From Octopus bimaculoides (lineage: Eukaryota): DNA of 54,889 nt. How positions within the stretch are numbered: position 1 is the first letter of the stretch; the number at the start of each line of letters is the position of its first letter. Shown in pieces: positions 13,035-25,012 of this stretch. The position numbers and the translations under genes are program-made. The notes beneath the pieces are model-generated. The model was not told the origin of the DNA and did no database searches. It saw nothing but the letters and a program-made list of their open reading frames with translations. The stretch covers positions 76,278,552 to 76,333,440 of the forward strand of contig NC_068989.1 in NCBI RefSeq assembly GCF_001194135.2. Reading direction: 5' to 3'.

Positions 13035-13968
13035 GTAACAATTAGAAAATGGACGATAATATGCTGAACCCAACTACTTGCAGACAGTGTATCCCGTTGA
13101 ATTCAATAATTTAATTCATACCAAAAGTGACCAAAAAAAGAAAGAAAAAGAAAGAAAGAACCAAAGCACAAGTGTCTATGGCAGACTATGTTATTTTGCC
13201 AACCTGGTTTACATATAGAAGTACAAAGTACATAAGGAATTAGAGGATGGACAGAAGTTTAATCTTACAGCTGTTTAGGCCTAGTTTTAGCAGGCCCCAT
13301 TCTATCCGAATATTCCTTTCCGGAGTGATTATCGGATGACATTTTGAAATGGGGTTACATGCCCGAACCGCTAGGCCTCTTCAGAGATTCACAAAGGGTT
13401 TCATACAAATGTAGAGCAAGAGGCAAAAACAGAGGTGTGGTAGAGACCAGAGGAAAAACAACAGCAAAAATAAGATAGAAATAAAAATAAAAAATAGAAT
13501 TAAAATCAAAATCAAAATAAAAATAAGGGTACAGCAGGAGAAAAAAAAAATAATAAAGAATACATAAATGAAAAATGAAGGTATAGCATGTGGGACATGG
13601 AAAAATATAAAAAAGATATATGTTAAAAAACCCTTAAAAATACAAGGCACACAAAGAGCCTACAGACATTATAAATAGGTAGCTATAGACACTCCAATGC
13701 ATATNNNNNNNNNNTGGGTTCTTGTGCACAACCTTACTCGGATGTCCCCTTACTCCCATGTGTGCATATACAAGTTTTTATAACAGCTTTCTAGATACGG
13801 CTAATAGCGCTGATGCCACAAACAACGTATGTGGTGGAATGTATGCTTATAAAAACTTGTATATGCACACATGGGAGTAAGGGGACATCCGAGTAAGGTT
13901 GTGCACTCGAACCCACACATATATATATGTGTGGTTCAGCATATTATCGTCCATTTTCCAATTGTTAT
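13035..13968. repeat. Nested fold-back element
   Basis: Outer inverted repeat 13035-13070 / 13933-13968. Inner 69-bp arms 13715-13783 / 13847-13915 with 2 mismatches. Confidence 0.85.
13261..13389 (-). ncRNA. Type I hammerhead ribozyme with long helix II, G12U variant
   Basis: aatct-CTGAAGA-ggcctag...ctaggcc-TAAA-cagctg-TA-agatt. Helix I 5 bp, helix II 7 bp plus extension, palindromic helix III ACAGCUGU. Confidence 0.8.
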
Positions 13969-13999
13969 ATATATATATATATATATTTAAAATCAGATC

Positions 14000-14268
14000 A
14001 ATAATAACAGACAATGGACAATTGTCAACTCATTACAGCTGTTTCTTACACATTTTTAAATAGAAGAATGAAACAAAAGGATATCCCAAGAATACATCAG
14101 GAACGCGTCTGAAGTCTGTATTCATGGGATATCCTTTTATATGTAAAATTATGATTCATCTAGAGATTACAGTTTTTTGTAATCAAGTAATCTTCTCAGT
14201 CTTCTATTTAAAAATGCATAAGAAACAGTTGTAATGAGTTGACAAATTATCCATCGTCTGTTATTATT
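14000..14268. repeat. Fold-back element carrying a degenerate hammerhead (14154-14239, plus strand)
   Basis: Arms 14000-14067 / 14200-14268 and inner arms 14075-14095 / 14118-14138. Motif attcat-CTAGAGA-tta...taa-GAAA-cagttg-TA-atgagt. Confidence 0.75.
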
Positions 14269-14545
14269 CATTTGATTATAATACACCAAGGGCATTTACG
14301 ACTTATCGGACATCCAAGAGTATAGCAGCAACGTACAATTTAACGAAGCGACTGCTTTGAACTAGCCGCTAGGCGCTAAATACTCATAGGCTTAGTTTTC
14401 TCTGTGTACACAAGCGGAATATCCTGTTTGATACTTACCAGTCATTGGCCAGAACCACAGGTTTATCCAACCAAACCTGGTGCAAATCTTCTCAACTACC
14501 TGATTCTATCCGAATCCTTATTTTACTCTCTCTCCAGCTCTCCCT

Positions 14546-14580
<35 letters not shown>

Positions 14581-14943
14581 ATTGTGTTCAAATGTCTAGT
14601 CTTGAAACGTTGTATCACGCTGATTTACTGAGAATTACTATAGGACTGCGTTTATCTATATAATATTCAGTTGCTTAAACAGGAATTCCATCGACTGAGA
14701 ACCAATGGATCTATTAGATAACCACGCATCGTCTAGACAGGCGGAAATCCTCCTGGAAATATGCACACAATTTTGTAAATGATTGAAACAGCAAAGCGAC
14801 GGATAAAATACCTAGCAGCATTCACATACATTTCTTTTTCAGTTCGAATCTTGCTGAAGTTAACTTTACGTTTACGACGGCTAATAAAACAATAAAGATT
14901 CTGTCCAGCAAAATGTATATAGCTTATTACAATCAAGATAACG

Positions 14944-15000
<57 letters not shown>

Positions 15001-15001
15001 A
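14944..15001. repeat. (TAC)n microsatellite
   Basis: Direct reading of the sequence. Confidence 0.95.
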
Positions 15002-15155
15002 GTATCCGATTATGTCTCTTGACCTGTTACAAACCTAGAAAGAGTAGTCAAAATACACGTTGTATATTGTGGTCCTGACTTTCCTACAAATAGAAAAAAT
15101 ACGTAATGGCCACGGCTGGAGTGTTGTTTATAATGACTCTTCTCCAGTAGGACAG

Positions 15156-15549
15156 TTGTTGTTGTTGTTGGCACTCCGTCGCTTACGACGTCGAGGGTCC
15201 CAGTTGATCCGATCAACGGAACAGCCTGCTCGTGAAATTAACGTGCAAGTGGCTGAGCACTCCACAGACACGTGTACCCTTAACGTAGTTGTCGGGGGAT
15301 ATTCAGCGTGACACAGTGTGACAAGGCTGGCCCTTTGAAATACAGGTACAACAGAAACAGGAAGAAAGAGTGAGAGAAAGTTGTGGTGGAAGAGTACAGC
15401 AGGATTCGCCACCGTCCCCTGCCGGAGCCTCGTGGAGTTTTATATGTTTTCGCTCAATAAACACTCACAACGCTCGGTCTGGGAATCGAAACCACGATCC
15501 TATGACCGCGAGTCCGCTACCCTAATCACTGGGCCATTGCGCCTCCACT
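15156..15549 (-). mobile_element. tRNA-Arg-derived SINE (family C) with 11-bp TSD
   Basis: TSD CAGTAGGACAG at 15145-15155 and 15550-15560; tRNA-like head with a CTCGCGG loop; (CAA)n tail. Confidence 0.92.
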
Positions 15550-17077
15550 CAGTAGGACAGACCTAGTCGATAAACAACAACCATTTCTTTATTTTTATGT
15601 GCACGTGTCATATTTGGTAATTAGTAGACTTGCAAAATCGTTAGCGCGTCGAACAAAATGCCGTGCAGTATTTGTTCTGATTCTTTACGTCCTGAGTTTG
15701 AATATTGTCGAGATCAACTTTGACTTTAGTCTTTTTTTGTGGGGGTTCCTTCAAATAAAGTAGTCATATAACGCATTCGATTTAATCAACTACGTTATAT
15801 GACTGTTCAAAATATTAACCTCGTGTGAGACAACTGTTACACACAATGCTTTGCATTTTATATTACTTAACACGCACATGCACACGCACTAAGAACCACA
15901 CACGCGCACACAGACACAAGCATACACACACATGCACACACAAACATACACACACATGTACACGTGTGCTGTCCCTCTTCTCCGTTCGCGTAAATTATCG
16001 TACAAGTGTACACAGGAGTACATCGATTAGTGCTGTAACCGAATCGCTCCTCAAGAATTACTTGTACCATAAAGCTGCTGGTATCATAAGCGTTATAGTA
16101 TAAGGTAGTATAATTTGCGATGAAAGGGATACATTTATAGTTAAATTTAGACGACTGTAAGGTCCTTGTACGGCCATGGCAATTGTTTTCATCTATAATA
16201 TACACACATATATATATATATANNNNNNNNNNNNNNNNNNNNNNNNNNNNNNNNNNNNNNNNNNNNNNNNNNNNNNNNNNNNNNNNNNNNNNNNNNNNNN
16301 NNNNNNNNNNNNNNNNNNNNNNNNNNNNNNNNNNNNNNNNNNNNNNNNNNNNNNNNNNNNNNNNNNNNNNNNNNNNNNNNNNNNNNNNNNNNNNNNNNNN
16401 NNNNNNNNNNNNNNNNNNNNNNNNNNNNNNNNNNNNNNNNNNNNNNNNNNNNNNNNNNNNNNNNNNNNNNNNNNNNNNNNNNNNNNNNNNNNNNNNNNNN
16501 NNNNNNNNNNNNNNNNNNNNNNNNNNNNNNNNNNNNNNNNNNNNNNNNNNNNNNNNNNNNNNNNNNNNNNNNNNNNNNNNNNNNNNNNNNNNNNNNNNNN
16601 NNNNNNNNNNNNNNNNNNNNNNNNNNNNNNNNNNNNNNNNNNNNNNNNNNNNNNNNNNNNNNNNNNNNNNNNNNNNNNNNNNNNNNNNNNNNNNNNNNNN
16701 NNNNNNNNNNNNNNNNNNNNNNNNNNNNNNNNNNNNNNNNNNNNNNNNNNNNNNNNNNNNNNNNNNNNNNNNNNNNNNNNNNNNNNNNNNNNNNNNNNNN
16801 NNNNNNNNNNNNNNNNNNNNNNNNNNNNNNNNNNNNNNNNNNNNNNNNNNNNNNNNNNNNNNNNNNNNNNNNNNNNNNNNNNNNNNNNNNNNNNNNNNNN
16901 NNNNNNNNNNNNNNNNNNNNNNNNNNNNNNNNNNNNNNNNNNNNNNNNNNNNNNNNNNNNNNNNNNNNNNNNNNNNNNNNNNNNNNNNNNNNNNNNNNNN
17001 NNNNNNNNNNNNATATATATAGGTGAGAGAGTTGGTATGTGAAAGCACGTGGTTGGATATATAAAAGATAAAAAGGA

Positions 17078-17261
17078 GTGAAAAAAACTTCAGAAGGCTC
17101 GTGTTATATGGTTAAAGAATATATTTAAATCGTTATGTTAGAAAAATGTTATAAAATTTTGCGTAAAGTAACATTGTTACGCAAAATTTTATACCATTTT
17201 TCTAACATTGATTTAAATACATTCTTTAAACATATAACACAAGCGTTCTGTTGTTTTTCAC
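17078..17261. repeat. Fold-back element, about 85-bp arms, 10-nt loop
   Basis: 17078-17166 is an imperfect reverse complement of 17177-17261. Confidence 0.85.
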
Positions 17262-17743
17262 GCTATTTTGTCTTTTATATGTTTTTGTAGATATAAAAAT
17301 TTTACATTAAACAAAGTTACTTAATGCATATGTATTTATTAAGTTTTAGAAGGAAAAGGTTGATAGCGACATCAAAGTTTTGGCTTTCTTACTGTTATAA
17401 AACTGTGATTTACGTTGATAGTGTTGGGGTTTATATAATGTTTGGCAGTGTGTATTTTCATAGGTGAAGCAGTGTGAAAGATTATTGCGTGAATGTTTGT
17501 ACATAAATACAATTGGTCACACAACATAGGTTAGAGTGAAGTTAAATATCATGTTGGTGTTATTAGCTTTCTATGAAGAAAATTTTAAACCGAGAAGGTA
17601 CATTTATACACATATAGATATACATACACAAATATGCATACACAAACTCAGATTTAACAATATATATATTAGATAATAAAACGAATGCTTTATACCTGGT
17701 AGCTTTCTGGTAAAGCATGATCACGATATATATATATGAAAGC

Positions 17744-17911
17744 AAAATAAGACAAGGTAGAAAATACTTAAATCATTTTATCATGAAGAACATTTTAGCA
17801 CCGGTTTCAGTCTTTGCGACTTTTTCAACTTCAAAAGGCAATGACTGAAACCGGTGCTAAAATGTTGTTCGTGATAATATTATTTTAGCATTTTCTACCT
17901 TGTTTTATTTT
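17744..17911. repeat. Fold-back element, about 69-bp arms
   Basis: Arms 17744-17812 / 17843-17911; innermost AACATTTTAGCACCGGTTTCAGTC / GACTGAAACCGGTGCTAAAATGTT. Confidence 0.85.
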
Positions 17912-18589
17912 CCTTATACATATCAACTCGTAGTTCCTTTCCAACCTTCTATGACGGAAATATTGCAAAAACATAACAAACAGAAAATTCGTAGCTTATC
18001 AGTCAACTAGAGACTAGCGAAGGACAGATAGAAAGTCAGAACGAAGGAAGAAGTAGAAGTATTAGGGAGGGAAAGTGAGAAAAAGAGAATGGGAGAGAGC
18101 AAGGGAAAGGCAAAGAATGAGAAAGACACAGAAATAAATGTCGCACAAAAATATATTCAATGAATATTTTACCAATGAATAAAAAATCAGGAGTGTGTAG
18201 CATTACATAAACATATTTCCAAAATTTAACGTAAACACAACCAACGTAAATATTCCATAAGCATAGAAAAACAGAAAAGGTGTAGCTCATTCTGTCACGA
18301 CCTGAATATGACACGAGTTTACATATTTACTTCCACGCCTCACTGAACCTTAAGCAATAAATATTCCTACGTCATACCGAAATGGTTCATTTAACATAAC
18401 ATTCTATCAATTCACACCTTATAAACACATTTACGTCCTATCCTCTTCTACTCCCTTACTTCCTATAGACTACCTATAGACTACCTATACAGCATCTAAT
18501 TACCATTCCCTTTACTTCACTTATCAGAAATCAGCCTTCTAAGGAAATATACCCGCCACCCAACAAAAAAATGAAGTCAATCACAGTTT

Positions 18590-21500
18590 CATGAAAATCA
18601 TCGTCAGCCGCATATCATAGCCATCAGCGAGACCAGACTCCACAGCCCGCGGGCCCTCCAGCACATGTTCGGCGGACATTTCGACATTTATTTTTCTCCG
18701 TGTCTGCCAAGAATGGGCGAAGGAGGTACCGCGGTGATTCTTCGGAAAAGTCTGGACTCAAAGTAAGAACAATTTTCCTAGACCCGGTGGGTAGGCTGGT
18801 CGTCTTGGATGTCGATGGCAAGAATGGGTGTGCTTTTTGACTGAAAACAGTTTATGCACCGTCCTTAACAAACCGGCCAGATTTCTTTCGACGTCTAGAG
18901 GTTTTCCTGGGAACGTCTCGACCTTTACTTTTAGTAGGGGATTGGAATGCTACCCTGGACACGCATCTAGGTTACGTGGGAAGAAACAATAATAGGAGGG
19001 GATGCAAAAGCCTCAAAGACCTGCTCAGACGTTTCCAACTGTCTGACAAGTACCGACTGGACCACCCGAATGTGCCAATGTAGACATGGAGCAACCGCAT
19101 CGGGTCGTCCAGATCGTATTTAGAAAGAGTATTCTGTAGGACAGTGGATAAGGATAGTGTAGGTTGTCCACATTTCCACATAGTCAGCTACACAGACCAC
19201 AAATTTGTGACTTGTACATTTGACTTAGATAAGACACACAGGCAGGGTCCCAGTTTCTGGAAGCTCAACGCGTCGTTCACGGCACGCCAGGCTTACAGGG
19301 ACCAGGCTAGCACATTAATTAAAAGAGCATTGACGGGTGCCATCATCAACAACAGATGGTGGCATGCTCTAAAGAAAGCAATTAAAGCAGAATCGGTTAG
19401 GTACAGTAAGGCCCTAGCATTAGACCGAAATAGAATAGAGGGAGACCTAGTTAAGAAGTTAGAAGAGGCACTTAGTACTGGCATCGCGTCCAACGTACTG
19501 GCGGTGAGGCTGGCCCTCGACCAACACTTCCACGACCAACACTTCCNNNNNNNNNNCAACACTTCCACGACCAACACTTCCACGCCCAACACTTCCACGC
19601 CCAACACTTCCACGCCCAACACTTCCACGCCCAACATGAAGGCTGTGTTGTCAGAGCTAGGATGCGTGCTCTGAGGAACGAAGGAGTTGGAGCCGCCCGA
19701 GAAGCTCGAGTAGCAGAGGCGCAACGAGGCAACAGAGCCACCATTAGGTCACTTACAGATGAACAGGGACGCGAAGTACTGTAACCGAATCGCTCCTCAA
19801 GAATTACTTGTACCATAAAGCTGCTGGTATCATAAGCGTTATAGGATAAGGTAGTATAATTTGCGATGAAAGGGATACAGCCTGAAATGATGTGTGAGGT
19901 CTTTCAACAACACTTCGCCCGACTGTTCAGGACAACTGGTGAGTCAGAATGCAGGGTGGGCTTTAGTACCACCCTGCCTGGCCTGCCAGAACTCTCAGCA
20001 AGAGAGGCGGAGTGTCGTGAGAGACCTATCACAGCAGCGGACGTACGGGACGCGATGACAGGCTGCGCGGGAGACAAGTCACCAGGCTTGGATGGTCTGC
20101 TCTACGAACTTTATTGTCATATGCCAGGCTTGTTTGGAGGCGTCTTGACAGCTGTCTACTGCAACTGGCAGCAAAACGAGAGTATCCCCGTCTTTGTAAA
20201 GCGAGGAGCGGTGGCACTGCTAAATAAAGATAGAAATAAGGGGAATGTCATAGATAACTTCAGGCCCATCACTTTGCTCAACGCATATTTTAAAAATTTT
20301 GGCCAAGGTGTTAGCCGAGAGGTTGACACTTGTCATCAAGAAACTAGTCGAAAGAAACGTGCGCCGTGCCGGGTAGGAATATCCATGGCAACCTCCATCT
20401 GATGCGCTACATCATAAACAGGGTAGTTAAGGAACCTCGTATGGGTGGGGCGCTGATCAATTTGGATCAATCCAAAACTTTCGATAGGGTAGACCATCGC
20501 TACCTGGAGGCTGTCCTTAGAGCGGCTGGTTTTGGTCCCATCTTCCGCGGTTGGATCGATGCCTCACACAGAGGCATCCGCTCGGTAGTTCGCGTAAATG
20601 GCCATCTATGCAGACCATTTAATATCATGTGTTCGGTTCGTCAAGATGCCCCTCTCGTCACTTCTGTTTGTATTGACTCTTGAGCCACTACTGCGGAAGC
20701 TGGCGAAGCTGAGCGACACCCCACGAGAGCTGGGATACAGGAGGAGCCTGTCTGCATACGCAGACGACATCACCGTCATAGTGTCGAGCCACATGCACAT
20801 TGGCCTGGTCGTCGAGACACTAAAAGAATACGAAGCGATAAATAACGGGGGCAAAAATTAACCGGGAAAAGTCAGTGAGCTTGCGCGTCGGCACCTGGAG
20901 AAGTAAGCCCATGCCGTCCAACAGTATCTCCATAGTGGGACGCTGGACCGATGGACCGGTTAAATTGCTCGGAGTCTCGTTCGGTCCGGACCTCCAAATG
21001 GAGAAGAACTGGGACAAAATAACGACTAGGGTGGCCACTCTCACCCAACAATGGGCCGAGAAGAAGCTATCACTAAAAGGTCGGGCGAAGATGGCGAAAG
21101 CGTACATCGCATCCGTCATCGAGTACCGTCTGACCATCGTGCCTTGTCCCGACCCTACTATCACCAAACTGGAACGCATACTCTTCCGCTTGTTGTGGAA
21201 GGGTAGCGTTCCGATGGTTAGGCGATCCATTTGTTGTCAACACCCAATAAATGGAGGCCTGGGCATGCCGTGGTTGATGATGCACAGGCATGCGCTGAGA
21301 CTGCGACATCTCCGGCGCTTCATAGACGACGGTGAACAGGTGTGGTTGCTTTTGTGCGGTGCGCTTTCAGGCAGCTCGTCTCCTTGGCCGAACTGCAGTC
21401 GTGGATCAAACAGAGACCGAGGCTAGGCGAATGGCACCGCGAGTGTCGCGTTGCTCTCAAGCAAATCTGCCGTCCGGGACCAAACTTGTGCAACTTAATT

Positions 21501-22400
21501 ACAACAAAGGCATTCTATCGTGGATTAGTGGAGGGGAGGTGCGATGTGGTTCTCGGGCAGAATCTGGGCCTCGACGAGGAACATCTGACGGGCCTGTTCA
21601 GGACAACTTTCGGGCCGGGACCTATGGACAATCACCAAAGATACCTGGCATGGCAGTGCTATCGAGAAGCATTACCTGTTCGGGATAAGCTCGATAGGCA
21701 CGGTTCGAGACACACCGGACCGACTTGCCCGAGATACAGTCAGAGTGACGAAACCGTTCTGCACGCACTCGTGCAGCGTCCAACCATTTCGGACCTGTGG
21801 GCTTATACTGAACGACTGCTGTCACGTGTGGGACGAGTCCGCCTGTCGACCGAGTCTATCGTGAAAATTGCTCCGCCACCATCCCTCAACCGTGAAGGCA
21901 AAGCAGTCTTCATCGTACTGGTGGCCATGGTGAAAGAATGTGTGTGGTGGACTCGAGCGAAAGGATTAGAGACGAAAACCTACCTCTCTGGCCAATCGCT
22001 CGTCAACTTTTTCAAGTATCACTTGAAAAGGAAGGTGAGATGGAGAGGCAGGTTTTGTCTCGTGAAAGTTTCATTAAAAGGTAGGTGAATGTAGCAAAGA
22101 TGGTGCGTACGAGTGACGAAACTACTTTGAGCATGATCCTGTAAATCGAAGAGAGAGAGAGAGAGANNNNNNNNNNNNNNNNNNNNNNNNNNNNNNNNNN
22201 NNNNNCTCTCATGTGCTTATTCTCTCCCTGACTGAGGTTACCGTGGTCTTTTCCGTAGGCTTTTCTTTCCACGGATAAACCTAATCTTGCTTTAAAAAAA
22301 TTTTTAATTCTTCTTTGATACACGATCCCTTTTGATCGTCATTTTTTCCCTATCCCTTTTAATCGAAATTTTACCTTTTTTCTCTTTTTCCCCCTTTTTC
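18590..22400 (+). mobile_element. Tx1/L1-clade LINE, ORF2 (APE endonuclease, RT, C-terminal Zn motif), disrupted, no ORF1 visible
   Basis: IAISETRL, VYAP, VGDWNA, TDH..FWKLN, KSPGLDGL, FRPITLLN, DQSKTFDRVDH, YADDIT, CPRYSQSDETVLHAL. Confidence 0.92.
19521..19636. repeat. 15-bp minisatellite inside Tx1 ORF2
   Basis: Unit CCAACACTTCCACGC or CCAACACTTCCACGA, interrupted by a 10-N gap. Confidence 0.92.
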
Positions 22401-22419
22401 TTTTTCATTTTCGAAAAGA

Positions 22420-24520
22420 AAAAAAGCTCTACATTTGTATTTATCCCCTCTGTGTTCAGCACTGTGTGGCCAATAAGGAAATATGTGCTGCTTCTTTTAG
22501 TTTTCGTATTTCGTATTTTCCAGTGGTGCTCTCTGTCTATTATTTTAACTTCAACCCACAGGAGGAGGTGGTCTCCTGTTTTTTCATATATGATCAGCCA
22601 TACCCTATTTATCTCCTCGTGTCACAACTATGCGATGTTCCTCTACCTTTATTTTGAGGGGGCGACATGTTTCGCCTTTGTATAACCCACCACAGCTGCA
22701 TGGGATGGAGTACATGCAGTCTTTGGTCATATTCTCTTCTATTGGTGGTTTTACTCGAAAGAGATATTTGCGAAGTGTTGTATTACTCTTGAATACTGTC
22801 CTAATGTCATATGGGCCACATATATTTTGTATCTTTTCGGAGAGGTCTTTCACATAGGATAGACAGACTGTGGACAGTCTATTGGTTTCATCCTTACTTT
22901 TCTTCATGATTGGAGTGGATAGTATGTTTTTGAAATAGTTGTTGCTTAATAGATTGTTACTGAGCTTGATCATTTCTTCGTGGTGGGTATCACGATCGCT
23001 ACTTATATTCTTTGCACGATGTTTTAAGCACTGAGCAATCCCTCTCTTTACACTGTATAGATGGTGGGAATTGAACTTTATCTATCGTCCAATGAAGGTT
23101 GGCTTGCGATATACGGATGTCCTGAATCCATACTTGGTGCGTGTCATTAATACGTCCAGGAATGTCAGCTGATTGTCTTTTTCCTTTTCCATTGTGAACT
23201 GTATGGATGGTTTTATTGAGTTCACATGATCTAACTGCACTTGGGCATCTTCCTGATGGGACCAGAGTATAAAGGTGTCATCAACATATCGCAGCCATGG
23301 AGTTGGTTTTAGTGGTGTTGATCCTAAAGCCAAATTCCGAAAGCATTGCATGTATATATTGGCTATATTGGCTATTATCAGTGATAATGGCGAATCCATA
23401 GCTAAACCCCTTTCTTGTCGATATATATCAGTGTCCATACTGAAGTAGGTAGTTTCTACACAGAAGGTCAACATTTCCATCAAGTTTTTTTATTGGTATA
23501 CTAGTGCGTTCTTTTAGATGGGTGCCTGTCACTAGTTTTTCTTGAATCACCGATAGTGCTTCACTAGTTGGGACTTTGGTGAACAGACTTATCACATCTA
23601 GAGTCACCATCTGGTTGGATTCAATGGGGGTATCCTTGATCAATTCTGTGAAGTGGATGGAATTCTTCACGTACGATGTTGATTTTCCTGCTAATGGACT
23701 GATTATATCCACAAGGAAACGGCTCAATGGATGACACACTGAATCTCTCCAGCTCACTGTAGGTCTTAATGGAATACCATCCTTGTGAATCTTAGGGGGA
23801 CCGTACATGTGTGGTAGTTTACTGTAGTGTTGAGTCAGTTGTCTGTACTTCATTGGTGTAAAGTGATCCTTGTTCTTGATCAAGATCTGTGACAACTTCC
23901 TCTCTGTTTTCAGAGTAGAGTCTTTCTTTACTTTGCTGTAGCTACCATCACTTATAAGACTTGCCAATTTTTCAGAGTAGTCAGAATTGTTCATCACCAC
24001 TGTAGCATTTCCCTTGTCTGCTGGAAGTATTATGATGGAATTGTCACTCTGTAGTGAACTTTTGGTTTGGGAAGTTTCGGTTTTTCTAGTACCTGTCTCA
24101 CTTTCCACCTTAGTTCATCTCCCTGACCTTTTCGTATCTTTATGGCTATCTCTTCATTAGGGGCTATTATGTTCAAGTATGGAATGCGCTTGATGGTTGT
24201 CGCAAAGTTGAGACCTTTGTTTAGTACTTCTTCAGAGCTTTTTAGATGTCGGCTCCTTACATTAATTACTGCTTTCACAGGTGGGTGACGGACTTCAGTC
24301 TTCATTCTGTGTCCTTTGAGATTCATAAACTTCTTAATCTGGTGTGTCTTCACCATTTCAAATTCTTTCATGAACGACTTTTCTAGATCTTGTTGGATTC
24401 TCTTTCTATCCTTATCTCTGGTTATTTTTCTAAGTAATGAAGATAACCTCTTTTTGATTTCGTTATTTAGTTGATGTTTTTTCGAACGGTTGTAATGGAT
24501 CCTCTCACATTTATACCATT
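22420..24520 (-). mobile_element. Penelope-like element (RT + GIY-YIG endonuclease), near-complete ORF with stops and frameshifts
   Basis: VLNKGLNF, ILPADKGNATVVM, KIHKDGIPLRP, LDVISLFTKVP, GLAMDSPLS, WLRYVDDTF, FLDV...VYRKPT, MYSIPCSCGGLYKGET, ADHI...KIIDREHHWKIR. Confidence 0.93.
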
Positions 24521-24857
24521 AATCGGTGCACTTGCTTTGTAAATAAACACCCAAGTTACAATCTAGATAAAATAGGGTTTTCAGAAAAAGAAATCAACCA
24601 TGTGACTCGCACATTACAAATACAGTCTATAAGTCGAACAGTGAAAGTGTGGAAAAATTTCCTCAAGTATAAAATGTGACATTAGTATCTACTTTCCAAA
24701 GATGGAGATTTGTATCATTGTAAGGATCAAGCTCCTTCTACAGAGGAAGAATTGAAATAATTAAAACAGAACGCGCGCGCACAAACACACGCACACATAC
24801 ACATACATATACAGCTACACACACACATATATACATAACACAAACACATGCGTACAA

Positions 24858-24895
<38 letters not shown>

Positions 24896-24905
24896 NNNNN
24901 NNNNN

Positions 24906-24943
<38 letters not shown>

Positions 24944-25012
24944 CATTTCAGTATGATATTTTGTAATTTTGCATATATTTATAATTTATTCTATTTCATT
25001 TTATTTCTACAG

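Noticed and set aside
14843-14930. Acceptor-like TTTCTTTTTCAG followed by an open frame SNLAEVNFTFTTANKTIKILSSK
   Set aside because: No convincing donor or homology; it runs into a (TAC)n repeat.
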